Shown in pieces: positions 37,081 through 46,013 of a DNA stretch of 64,000 nt; the stretch's first letter is position 1; the number at the start of each line of letters is the position of its first letter. The notes under the pieces were generated by a model. It was not told where the DNA came from, did no database searches, and was given only the letters and a program-made list of their open reading frames with translations. Position numbers and translations under genes: made by a program. The stretch is from an uncultured Acidobacteriota bacterium (lineage in GTDB: Bacteria > Acidobacteriota > Vicinamibacteria > Vicinamibacterales > UBA8438). The DNA is taken from the NCBI GenBank assembly GCA_913043225.1, contig CAJWLU010000008.1, positions 32,001 to 96,000 of the forward strand, given 5' to 3'.

Positions 37081-39150
37081 CTACGGTAGCGCAAATGCCA
37101 CCAGCCTCGGTCCGCCGCCGATCGTCAGCGCGATGTGCTGGCGCTCCTCGACCATGTAGGTCATCGGTGTGCCGATCGCGCCGGTCGGCAGATCCACCGA
37201 GGCCACGATCTCCCCGGTGGCCTTGTTCCGGGCCACTAGTCGCGGTCCGTCGTTCGTGCCGCCGGCCGTCAGCACGCTGATGAGTAGCGTCTTGGTGACC
37301 AGCGGGCCGCCACGTCCATCCCCGCCCACGGGAGGCAGATTTAGGTCCCGCAGCATCGGGGAATTGCGGATCCTGTTCCCGTCTCCGTTTGGTTGCATCC
37401 AGGTATGTTCGCCGGCATTGAGGTCGATGGCCGTCATGCGTGAGTAGGGCGGCTTGAAGAGGGGGAGCCCCTGCGGCATGGCCGGCTGACGTCCACTGCC
37501 GAACGCCGCCTGCGTGATGGTCATTGTGGCGCCCGTCGTCTCCGGGTCAGGCGAATAGAAGTGCAAGACCGACGACCGGTTGTTTGACGGCACGTAGAGA
37601 ATGCCTGTCTCGGGATCCACCCCGGCTCCGCCCCAGTTGGCGCCGCCATCGATGGCCGGTCGCTGGATGACCCCCTGGGTCTCTTCCTCCACGGTCCGTA
37701 GCGGCGGCGTGAAGATGGGGCCGAGCGTGAAGTCGGCCACCGCTTCTTCCGCGAGGGCCCTAACCTCCGGGGTGAAGTCGATCAGGTCCTCGATGGAGAC
37801 GCCCTGATACTCGAATGGGGGTGGCTTGGTCGGGAACGGCTGCGTCGGTGAGGGCACCTCCCCTGGGAGGTTAGTATATTGCGGCACCGGCCGTTCTTCG
37901 ATGGGCCACACCGGATCGCCGGTCACCCGGTCGAACACGTAGGTGAATCCCTGCTTGCTTACCTGGGCCAGCGCCTGGATCTCACGGCCGTCGACTGTGA
38001 TATCGATCAGATTTGGATGAGTGGGGAAGTCCCAGTCCCACAATCCGTGGTGCACCGCTTGGAAGTGCCACATCCGCTGGCCGGTCTCGATGTCGACCGC
38101 GACGATCGATTCTGAGAATAGGTTGTCGCCCAGCCGGTCCGCCCCGTAGTAGTCGTTGGTGACCGTGCCGGTGGGCAGATACACGTACCCAAGCTCATTG
38201 TCACCGGCCAGCATCGACCAGACGTTGCCGTTGCCCGAGTACCGCCACGACTCGTTCAGCCACGTGTCGGCGCCGAACTCGTCGGCGCTGTTGGGCACCG
38301 TGTGGAAGTCCCACTCGTGCTCGCCGGTCCGGACGTTCCACGCGCGCACCCAGCCGGGTACTGCCTCCTTGGTGACCCGGACGTCGGCCACATGCGATCC
38401 ATGGATGACACGATCGCGTACGATGATGGGCGGTGAATTGATCGAATAGAGAAAGGCGTTCAGGTAGTCCCGGTTTTCGCGGATAGCCCGGGGGACACCC
38501 TCCATCGCATCGATACGGCCCTTCTGGTCGGGCCCGAAGTCGGGGCAGGGTTGGCCGGTGGCCGCCTTGACGCAGACGAGGTAGCCGGCGCCTGTGCCCC
38601 AGAAGATGCGCTCGTCGCCTTCGCCGTCGGTCCAGTAGGCCACCCCGCGCTGGGTCCAGGGGCCAGACATCGACGGGGTGCCTTCCTCGTAGGTCTTGGG
38701 GTTGTAGACCCAGATAGTCTCGCCGGTGGCGGCATCCACCGCCACCCCTTGCGATAGCGGCGTGTTGAAGTAGAGGACGCCACCCACCATCAGCGGTGTC
38801 GCTTGAAACCGTGACGGGTTCGGCGACTGGCCCTCCCGATATAGATTCTGGGTGTCGGCCACCAGCGACTCGACGATGACGTCGAGCGGTGCCTGCCATT
38901 CGCTCCCGTCGGGCATGGTCCGGCTCAGGACCTGGTCGACTGAGGTCCACTCCCAGGCCAGCTCGAGGGCACCGAAGTTTGTAGCGTCGATCTGGTCGAG
39001 GGGCGAGTATTTCTGTCCGGCGATGTTACCCGCGTAGCTCCGCCACTCGCCGTTCTCGGTGCCGTAGCTTTGCCACGGTTGCGCTTCCGTGGCTGAAGCA
39101 CCCAGCGTGACCAGGGTCACCGCCGCGGTCGCAATCACTCTGCGTGTCAT
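37081..39150 (-). CDS. PQQ-dependent glucose/quinate dehydrogenase-like protein, secreted, no TM anchor
   Basis: KYSPLDQI, QATPLMV, GDNLFSES, HHGLWDWD, GGANWGG, KPPYSRMTAIDL, TPMTY. Confidence 0.9.
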   Translation of the reverse strand: MTRRVIATAAVTLVTLGASATEAQPWQSYGTENGEWRSYAGNIAGQKYSPLDQIDATNFGALELAWEWTSVDQVLSRTMPDGSEWQAPLDVIVESLVADTQNLYREGQSPNPSRFQATPLMVGGVLYFNTPLSQGVAVDAATGETIWVYNPKTYEEGTPSMSGPWTQRGVAYWTDGEGDERIFWGTGAGYLVCVKAATGQPCPDFGPDQKGRIDAMEGVPRAIRENRDYLNAFLYSINSPPIIVRDRVIHGSHVADVRVTKEAVPGWVRAWNVRTGEHEWDFHTVPNSADEFGADTWLNESWRYSGNGNVWSMLAGDNELGYVYLPTGTVTNDYYGADRLGDNLFSESIVAVDIETGQRMWHFQAVHHGLWDWDFPTHPNLIDITVDGREIQALAQVSKQGFTYVFDRVTGDPVWPIEERPVPQYTNLPGEVPSPTQPFPTKPPPFEYQGVSIEDLIDFTPEVRALAEEAVADFTLGPIFTPPLRTVEEETQGVIQRPAIDGGANWGGAGVDPETGILYVPSNNRSSVLHFYSPDPETTGATMTITQAAFGSGRQPAMPQGLPLFKPPYSRMTAIDLNAGEHTWMQPNGDGNRIRNSPMLRDLNLPPVGGDGRGGPLVTKTLLISVLTAGGTNDGPRLVARNKATGEIVASVDLPTGAIGTPMTYMVEERQHIALTIGGGPRLVAFALP

Positions 39151-39159
39151 TGGTGACTC

Positions 39160-39639
39160 CTACCGCGGTGGCGGCTGATAGATTTCGAACTCGAACCCGT
39201 CGAGGTCGCTCAGGAACAGCAGAATCGGGCCGCCAGGGGAGGTCAAGTCGCGCAGCATTGTTGCCCCGGCCTCGACCGCCCGGTCGGCCAACGCTCGGGC
39301 GTCGGTGCTGTTGATGACGATCCGGCCGTATCTGTTCTTCTCTTCCGGCAGTGGGTCGTTATTGAGATGCGCCAGCAGCAAACTCATGCCGCCTGGCTGG
39401 TCGGGGCGACCTAGCCCGATCTCGATGAGGTCCTTGTCCTCGCCGTCGGGCGGGAACTCGAAGGTTCGGACAAGTCCGAACACCTCCGTGTAGAACTGCT
39501 CGGCACGCGGAATGTCGGTGACATTGAGGGCCACGGCGCCGAGGGTGATACCGTCGGTCTGGGCCACGGCCCGCGCGGGCACTCCGATCAGAACGAGGGA
39601 AGCTAGGGCGGTGGTCAGTAACAGGGTGATACGGCGCAT
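39160..39639 (-). CDS. Secreted VOC/glyoxalase family protein
   Basis: Signal peptide; LNVTDIPRAEQFYTEVFG, EIGL, DLDGFEFEIYQ; AAGGAG RBS. Confidence 0.82.
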   Translation of the reverse strand: MRRITLLLTTALASLVLIGVPARAVAQTDGITLGAVALNVTDIPRAEQFYTEVFGLVRTFEFPPDGEDKDLIEIGLGRPDQPGGMSLLLAHLNNDPLPEEKNRYGRIVINSTDARALADRAVEAGATMLRDLTSPGGPILLFLSDLDGFEFEIYQPPPR

Positions 39640-39657
39640 ACATGCTCTCCTTGCGAC

Positions 39658-39701
39658 GATGAGTAACCACTCACCTTAGTGGGTCGCGATCGGCCGTGCA
39701 A
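39658..39701 (-). promoter_or_regulatory. Sigma70-like promoter (TTGCAC-N17-TAAGGT) overlapped by a palindromic operator-like site
   Basis: Minus strand reads TTGCAC ggccgatcgcgacccac TAAGGTGAGTGGTTACTCATC; inverted repeat TGAGT-N4-ACTCA. Confidence 0.6.
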
Positions 39702-39716
39702 GGAGAATGTCGGCCG

Positions 39717-39745
39717 TTGTGCGCCGGATTCGCCTCCCGTATAGT
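39717..39745 (+). promoter_or_regulatory. Sigma70-like promoter (TTGTGC-N17-TATAGT), divergent from the previous one
   Basis: Spacing of 17 nt; lies 51 nt upstream of the ATG at 39797. Confidence 0.45.
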
Positions 39746-39796
39746 GAGGCGTCCTGGTCGACACTTTGGTCTCGGGCTCCGGAGGAGAAACGTCCC

Positions 39797-40663
39797 ATGC
39801 GTACCGTCAGGCTTGCCGTGATCGCCCTCGTTCCCCTTCTCGCCATCGCTCCGGCTCAGGCCCAGACCGTCGATGGCGGGCGTGGCGCACTCCCCGTCAC
39901 CGTACCGGTCGGCTACAGCGCCGACGTCGCCGCGCCGCTCATCGTCCTGCTACACACCTATGGCAACACCGGGGCCCGTCAGGACGAGTACATGGGACTG
40001 TCGGATCTGGCCGACAGCTACGGGTTCGTGATGGTGGCCCCAGACGGCACGCCGTCGCGGGGCGAAGGTAATCCGCAGTTCTGGAACGCTTCCGCCGCCT
40101 GTTGCAATTGGGAGGGGGTCGACCTCGACGATGTTGGCTACATCAGCGGTTTGATTGACGCAGTCAAGCAGGACTACACCATCGACGAGAAGCGGGTGTT
40201 TATCCTCGGCCACTCGAATGGCGCGTTCATGGCGCATCGGCTGGCCTACGAACGTGGCGCCGACATCGCGGCTATCGCCAGCTTGGCCGGCGCCGACGAA
40301 GCGGGCGAGCGCCAGGGACCCCCCCATCCGGTCCATGTACTCCAGATTCACGGTACCGGTGACACTGCTATCGCCTACGACGGCGGCGAGATTCAGGGCA
40401 GTGCCTATCCAGGGGCGAAGCAGTCGGTGGCTAACTGGGCGGCACGTAACGGTTGCGCGGGTGCTGGGGTCGACGCTGGCCGTTTGGACCTCGACAGCAG
40501 CGTCGACGGGATGGAGACGACGGTGACCCGCCATGCCAGCGGTTGCACGGCGGGCGGGTCGGCCGAACTCTGGTCGATCGCCGACGGAGCACACTTGCCA
40601 GAGCTCTCCGAGCACTTTACGCAGCTCGTGGTCGAGTGGCTCCTAGGCCACCCTAAGCCTTGA
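39797..40663 (+). CDS. Secreted PHB depolymerase/LpqC-like esterase
   Basis: GGAGGAG RBS; signal peptide; FWNASAACC, DDVGYI, GHSNG, IHGTGD, WAARNGC, GAH. Confidence 0.88.
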   Translation: MRTVRLAVIALVPLLAIAPAQAQTVDGGRGALPVTVPVGYSADVAAPLIVLLHTYGNTGARQDEYMGLSDLADSYGFVMVAPDGTPSRGEGNPQFWNASAACCNWEGVDLDDVGYISGLIDAVKQDYTIDEKRVFILGHSNGAFMAHRLAYERGADIAAIASLAGADEAGERQGPPHPVHVLQIHGTGDTAIAYDGGEIQGSAYPGAKQSVANWAARNGCAGAGVDAGRLDLDSSVDGMETTVTRHASGCTAGGSAELWSIADGAHLPELSEHFTQLVVEWLLGHPKP

Positions 40664-40664
40664 G

Positions 40665-41678
40665 CTACTGTTCGTCAGTAGGGTTCTTTTCCAGATACCT
40701 GGAGCCGCTTAGCGCGTTGGGCACCGCGTAGTTGCCCTCGTGGCAGGCGTATTCGAAGATCTGGTAGTCCGTCTCGGCCGTCAGCGGCATCGATATAGTC
40801 CAGGGCGCGTCATAGACGTTCGGGTCGGTGATGGTCACTTCCCATATCAGCGTGCTCTCGGACACGCGCTCGTAGCGCTCCACCACGTGGAGCGCCGTGC
40901 TCGTGGGGATGCCCTTCAGGCGGCCGCCGGCGAAGCTCGACGCGATCCAGCCTCGGTTGTGGAAGCCTTCGCTCTCAATTACGAGCACGTCGCCCTCCCA
41001 GTGAGCGCGCGAGTTCCCCATCCACTGATCGATCCGGTCGTCGATGAACGGCCCGTCCGAGAGTGGGATGACCCGAGCATCGTGAATCATTTCGTGGAAG
41101 ATGGCGATGTGGTCCGGTGTCTGGAAGATGCGATAGACATTGTTGTAGCCCGCCGGCAGCATCGAGCCGGGCACGCCCCGGGAGATGCAGCGGTCCCAGA
41201 CGCTCATGTTCTCGTAGGTGTCGCCCTCGTTGGCCAGCCGCCAGGCCTTGGTGTCGAGTGCCCACTGCTTGACCGGCGCGCGGCCGGTCGGTGGATCCAC
41301 CACCATCGAGGTTTGTCCGGTCGAGAGCACCGTGTCACCGGAATCAAGCCAGTAGCTGCCGTAGCCGCCGACGTTACGGCCGGCCTCGGTGCGCTGGGCA
41401 GGCCGGGCGTCGTTGGCCGCCTCGCTATCGGCGCGCCGCTGGTTCAGCGCAGCCATGTCCTCGTCGCTCAGATATGCCCGGGTCTCGCTCTCGGGACGCT
41501 CGATCGGCGTGATGGTCTTGTTGCCCCACTGGCCCTGTAGGTCAGGCTGGCCGTCGGGCAGCCGGGGGCTCGTCCAGTTTGGATCGCGGACCCGATCGAG
41601 CTGAGCGGTGGCCGGTAGCGCCGACATGATGACGGCGGCGGAAACGGCGACGATCAGCCAGTTGGCGCGAGTTCTCAT
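40665..41678 (-). CDS. Secreted hypothetical protein, 'EYACHEGN' family paralog 6
   Basis: GAGGAG RBS; signal peptide; PDLQGQW, TPIERP, DRC, EMIH, FEYACHEGNY. Confidence 0.88.
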   Translation of the reverse strand: MRTRANWLIVAVSAAVIMSALPATAQLDRVRDPNWTSPRLPDGQPDLQGQWGNKTITPIERPESETRAYLSDEDMAALNQRRADSEAANDARPAQRTEAGRNVGGYGSYWLDSGDTVLSTGQTSMVVDPPTGRAPVKQWALDTKAWRLANEGDTYENMSVWDRCISRGVPGSMLPAGYNNVYRIFQTPDHIAIFHEMIHDARVIPLSDGPFIDDRIDQWMGNSRAHWEGDVLVIESEGFHNRGWIASSFAGGRLKGIPTSTALHVVERYERVSESTLIWEVTITDPNVYDAPWTISMPLTAETDYQIFEYACHEGNYAVPNALSGSRYLEKNPTDEQ

Positions 41679-42123
41679 CTGCCCACTCCTCAGTATCCAC
41701 CGGGCCGACATTCCGGCTCGGGTTTGCCACGATGTCGCCATGATAGCAGGCGCCAGCTGGGTGCGTTCTTTATCTAGGCTGAAGATGCGACGGTGGCTCT
41801 GTCGTCGTACCTGCTGAGACGTTGTCGGTGCGCGTTGCCGGTTCGATCCACGAGGCGATCGCCGAAGGTGCCCACTAACTACACGGGGCCCGGCGGGTTT
41901 GTCCCTGCGTCGGTCGACTGGTACGAAGCGAGCAGGTCGCACGATATGCATAGCAGCAGTCATTGAGGCGCCGCATACTGGTGTCGGAATGACGAGGGTT
42001 GACCCGATTAACCGAGCGCTGGTGTTCACTGACCGATGGCGACACAGTCAAGATTCAACTGAGCCTCAGCGATGCGTTCCGGATGCCGTAGCCTTCGATG
42101 TTTTGGTGGAAGTGCGATGCTGG

Positions 42124-42150
42124 TGGTAGAATGGTAAGTGGATACTTACC
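42124..42150 (+). promoter_or_regulatory. Extended -10 element (TGgTAGAAT) followed by perfect inverted repeat GGTAAGT-N4-ACTTACC
   Basis: Read directly; ends 31 nt before the DUF1592 start codon. Confidence 0.6.
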
Positions 42151-42181
42151 TGATGTCGAAGAGCGAAGTGCGAGCATAGTG

Positions 42182-44635
42182 ATGAGAGGACTCTTCTGGC
42201 GCGTTGTGCTTAGTCTGCCGGTGGCGGCCGCGCTGGTCCCACCGGCGTCTGCGCAGTCGTTTGAAGACCGCGTGAAGCCGCTGGTGAGTGAGTCCTGCGC
42301 TCGGTGCCACGGCGTTCGCACGACGACGCCGCTCAACCTCGTCGACCTGGGCTACGACCTTACCGACCACGAGACGTTTTCGGCCTGGGAGAAGGTTTAC
42401 GAGCGGCTCGAGCGGGGTGAGATGCCGCCGGCGACCGCCCCGCAGCCTGACCGCGAGGCGGTGACGACTGCGCTGGCGTCGCTCGACACCGCGCTGACCG
42501 ACGCCAATCTCCAGGTGCGCGGCGCGCAGCGGACGCCCCTCCGCCGGTTGACGAGTCTGGAGTACGGCTACAGCATCGAAGACTTGCTGCAGGTGGACGA
42601 GGCCGTTGCTGCGGACGTGGCCTCGTTACTGCCAGCCGAGGCCGACTCGGGCGGGTTCGACACAGTGGCCGCCAGTCAGAGCATGTCACCGCTGCACGTG
42701 CAGTCCTACCTGGCTGCGGCCGACCGTGCCTTGGATGCCGCACTGGTGGTGGGACCACCTCCGGCCACGCAGCATCGCGTGATCGACTACACCCACTCCC
42801 AAGTTCTCGCTGGCCTCGAGAACTGCGATTTCTTGGCCTGCGGGGCCACTCTCCGACAGGACGATGGGGTCGCCATGATCTCCGACGTCTCTTCGACGTT
42901 CACGTTCCACAGCTTGTCGGAGGGTTTTTCTGTGGCCTATCCCGGGCGATACCGGGTCAGTCTCGAGGGGTATCCCTACCAGGCCGACACGCCCGTGACG
43001 ATGGCGCTGTATCACGGCCGGATGGCCGGAACCTCCGCCTCGCTAGATGCGTTGATCGGGCAACTGGATCTGGTGGGCGACGACAGCGGCATACTGACCG
43101 TGACCCCGTTCATGCGGCCCGGTGATCTGATGGCGCCGACGCTGGCGGATCACGACTATCTTCCGCAGGACGATCCGTCGGGTTACTTCGTGCCAGAGCG
43201 CCACGCGCGTGACTACCGCGGCGAGGGCATCGTCATGCAGTCGATGACGATCGAGGGACCACTGTTCGACAGCTGGCCCCCTCCAAGCACACGAGCCTTG
43301 CTCATGGGCGTGGACTTCGACGAGGACGGCTATGTTGTGCTCTCGAAGGCACCCTACGAGCACATCGTCGCGATCGTCGAGCGATTCGCCGAGCGCGCGT
43401 TCCGTCGTCCGCTGGCTGAGGGTGAACTCGACGCCTACGCGAGTCTGGCCCAGCCGCTGCTCGACGCAGGGCGGCCGTTCGCGGAGGCCGTGCGGGTGCC
43501 GCTGCGCGCGGTGCTGAGCGCCCCTGCGTTCCTGTACCACACGACGCCATCGGGCGAGCTCGATGATTTTGCGCTCGCTACGCGGCTCTCCTATTTCCTC
43601 TGGCGGAGTATGCCGGATGAGCAGCTTTCGGCCTTGGCGTCCGACGGGACGCTCTCGTCGCCGGAGGTGCTGTCCGCCCAGGTCGAGCGGATGCTCGACG
43701 ACCCGAAGGCCGAACGGTTCGTACGAGACTTCGCGGGACAGGCTTTCCGGCTGTATGAGCTGCGCGCGACGTCGCCCGACCCGGGGCTCTATCCGGAGTA
43801 TGACGACCGACTGGCCCAGGCGATGGAGCGAGAGAGCCTGCTGTTTTTCGCCGAGCTGATCGCGTCCGACGCCGGTGTGGACAGTCTGGTCGCTGCTGAC
43901 TTCACCTTCCTGAACCGGCGACTGGCCGAACACTACGGTATCGACGGGATTGACGGGCAACAGATGCGGAAGGTGGCGCTGTCGACTGACAGCCCACGTG
44001 GTGGATTGCTCACACAGGCGAGCGTGCTGAAGATCACGGCCAACGGTACCACCACGTCGCCGGTGCCGCGTGGCAACTACGTGCTCGGTAACCTCCTTGG
44101 GCAGCACCCGCCTCCGCCACCGCCGGGTGTCGCGGGGCTCGAGCCGGACACGCGCGGCACGACTACCATCCGTGAACAGCTCGACGCGCACCGCTCGAAC
44201 GCCGTCTGTGCCAGCTGTCACCGGAAGATTGACCCGCCCGGCTTCGCCCTGGAGTCATTCGACCCGATTGGGGGGTTTCGCGATCAGTACCGAGTACCGG
44301 GCGGCATGCTGACCGTTCCGGACGGCAACGGCGGAGAGTTTGAGATTCCCGGGCCCTACACCTTGGGGGCGGTGGTCGACACGAGTGGCGTGACCCCGGC
44401 GGGGGATCGCTTCTCAGGCATCCGGGACTACAAGCGGTTGTTGCTGAACGATGCCCTCGACCAGATCGCTCATCACGTGGCATCCCAGCTGGTTGTCTTT
44501 TCGACCGGGGCCGAGGTGGAGTTCGCGGATCGTCACGGAGTGGAGGAGATCGTGACGGCGACGCGCAACGAGGGGTATCCTGTACGGGGTATGATCCACG
44601 AGGTCGTGAAGAGCGACCTCTTTAGGAGTAATTAG
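42182..44635 (+). CDS. DUF1592-family (PSD/planctomycete cytochrome c) protein, paralog A
   Basis: Signal peptide; CARCH..GEMPP; LRRLT..EY; RLSYFLW; RGGLLTQ; SPVPRG; CASCHRKIDPPGF. Confidence 0.92.
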   Translation: MRGLFWRVVLSLPVAAALVPPASAQSFEDRVKPLVSESCARCHGVRTTTPLNLVDLGYDLTDHETFSAWEKVYERLERGEMPPATAPQPDREAVTTALASLDTALTDANLQVRGAQRTPLRRLTSLEYGYSIEDLLQVDEAVAADVASLLPAEADSGGFDTVAASQSMSPLHVQSYLAAADRALDAALVVGPPPATQHRVIDYTHSQVLAGLENCDFLACGATLRQDDGVAMISDVSSTFTFHSLSEGFSVAYPGRYRVSLEGYPYQADTPVTMALYHGRMAGTSASLDALIGQLDLVGDDSGILTVTPFMRPGDLMAPTLADHDYLPQDDPSGYFVPERHARDYRGEGIVMQSMTIEGPLFDSWPPPSTRALLMGVDFDEDGYVVLSKAPYEHIVAIVERFAERAFRRPLAEGELDAYASLAQPLLDAGRPFAEAVRVPLRAVLSAPAFLYHTTPSGELDDFALATRLSYFLWRSMPDEQLSALASDGTLSSPEVLSAQVERMLDDPKAERFVRDFAGQAFRLYELRATSPDPGLYPEYDDRLAQAMERESLLFFAELIASDAGVDSLVAADFTFLNRRLAEHYGIDGIDGQQMRKVALSTDSPRGGLLTQASVLKITANGTTTSPVPRGNYVLGNLLGQHPPPPPPGVAGLEPDTRGTTTIREQLDAHRSNAVCASCHRKIDPPGFALESFDPIGGFRDQYRVPGGMLTVPDGNGGEFEIPGPYTLGAVVDTSGVTPAGDRFSGIRDYKRLLLNDALDQIAHHVASQLVVFSTGAEVEFADRHGVEEIVTATRNEGYPVRGMIHEVVKSDLFRSN

Positions 44636-45898
44636 ATGACCATGTCAGTTGATCGACGTACGTTCCTGCGCGCTTCGGGCGTCGCGATGGCATTGCCGGT
44701 GCTCGAGTCAATGCACCCGGCGCTGGCGCGGGCCGCGGCCGCGTCACCTAAGCGGATGGTGAACATCTGCAGCACGCTGGGGCTCTACTCCGATTCCTGG
44801 TTCCCGAAGACGACAGGTGCCGGGTGGGAAGCCACGCAGTATCTGTCGCTCATCGAGCAGCACCGTGACAACTTCACGCTGTTCTCGGGGCTCTCGCACG
44901 AAGAGCAGAGCGGGCGTCAGCCGCACAACTCGGAGATCACGTGGCTAACTGCGGCACGTCGACCGGGTCTCGACGGCTTCCGTAACTCCATCTCGATCGA
45001 CCAGGTGGCGGCCAACCAGTTCGGTTACAGCACCCGGTTCCCGTCGATCGTGCTCGGCACCGCTACCGCACAAAGCCAGTCGTTCACGACTAGTGGCGCC
45101 ATGGTGCCGGCCGAAGCCAGTGCGGCCGAGCTGTTCCGGAAGCTGTTCCTGCAGGGCACCCCTGAGGAGCTCGAACGCGAGGCCCAGAGTCTCGAGGATG
45201 GCGGCAGTATCCTTGATCGGCTCAAGACGCAGACCGACGCGTTGCGGCGGCGGGTGAGCGCGGCCGACCAGCGCAAGCTCGATGCCTATTACCAGGCGGT
45301 GCGCACCGCCGAGCAGGATCTGGGCGAGGTCAAGGCCTGGCAGACGCGGGCGAAGCCGGTCGTCGGTGCCGAGCAGCCGACCGACCTGCCGAACCCGGCC
45401 GACCTAATCGGGCGGATCAAGCTAATGTTCAACCTTATCCCACTGATTCTAGAGACTGACTCGTCGCGTGTGGTCAGCATGATGATCCAGGACCACGGCG
45501 TTGTGCCCACTGTGCAAGGCGTCAGCTCGGACCAGCACAGCCTGTCGCACCACGGCCAGGACCCGGGCAAGATTGAGCAGCTCAAGAAGATCGAACTGCA
45601 GATCGTCGAGGCGTTCGGCACGCTGATGGACGATCTCCAGAGCCGGACCGATGAGAATGGGTCGCTGCTCGACCAGACGACGGTGCTCTTCGGCAGCAAC
45701 CTGGGCAACGCCAACGCGCACACGCCCGTCGACCTGCCGGTTCTGGTCGCCGGCGGCGGTTTCTCGCACGGGCAGCACATTGCCCACCAGGGCGAGCACA
45801 ACGCTCCGCTCTGCGACCTGTTCGTCACCTTGCTGCAGAACGTCGGAGTGGAAACCGATCAGTTTAGCCAGAGCAAGAGCACCCTCACCTGGGGGTGA
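44636..45898 (+). CDS. DUF1552 (HXXSHH) family protein, Tat signal
   Basis: DRRTFLR..GVAMALP.LESM; SIDQ; HSLSHH; GSLLD; GNANAH. Confidence 0.92.
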   Translation: MTMSVDRRTFLRASGVAMALPVLESMHPALARAAAASPKRMVNICSTLGLYSDSWFPKTTGAGWEATQYLSLIEQHRDNFTLFSGLSHEEQSGRQPHNSEITWLTAARRPGLDGFRNSISIDQVAANQFGYSTRFPSIVLGTATAQSQSFTTSGAMVPAEASAAELFRKLFLQGTPEELEREAQSLEDGGSILDRLKTQTDALRRRVSAADQRKLDAYYQAVRTAEQDLGEVKAWQTRAKPVVGAEQPTDLPNPADLIGRIKLMFNLIPLILETDSSRVVSMMIQDHGVVPTVQGVSSDQHSLSHHGQDPGKIEQLKKIELQIVEAFGTLMDDLQSRTDENGSLLDQTTVLFGSNLGNANAHTPVDLPVLVAGGGFSHGQHIAHQGEHNAPLCDLFVTLLQNVGVETDQFSQSKSTLTWG

Positions 45899-45906
45899 GC
45901 GATCTT

Positions 45907-45932
45907 GTCGGGCGGGGCTTTGGCCCCGCCCG
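45907..45932 (+). repeat. GC-rich perfect hairpin, REP-like
   Basis: CGGGCGGGGC-TTTG-GCCCCGCCCG (10-bp stem) preceded by GT; no U-tract; single copy in the window. Confidence 0.5.
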
Positions 45933-46013
45933 CACGTTCATACCCGTTCGCACTATCGAGGCATCGCCTTGCCGGCGTCCGTTCTCTCCTAAGACACTAG
46001 AGAGGCTCAGTCT

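Noticed and set aside
6053..39150. Lanthanide-dependent XoxF/PedH call for the PQQ enzymes (D-x-D in WDAD, HDMD, WDWD)
   Set aside because: D-x-D also occurs in GDH-type enzymes; the vicinal CC and MDH/ADH context are absent.
41679..42120. Hidden gene or ncRNA in the long divergent intergenic region
   Set aside because: No convincing ORF motifs or stable conserved structure recognised; only promoter-like elements.
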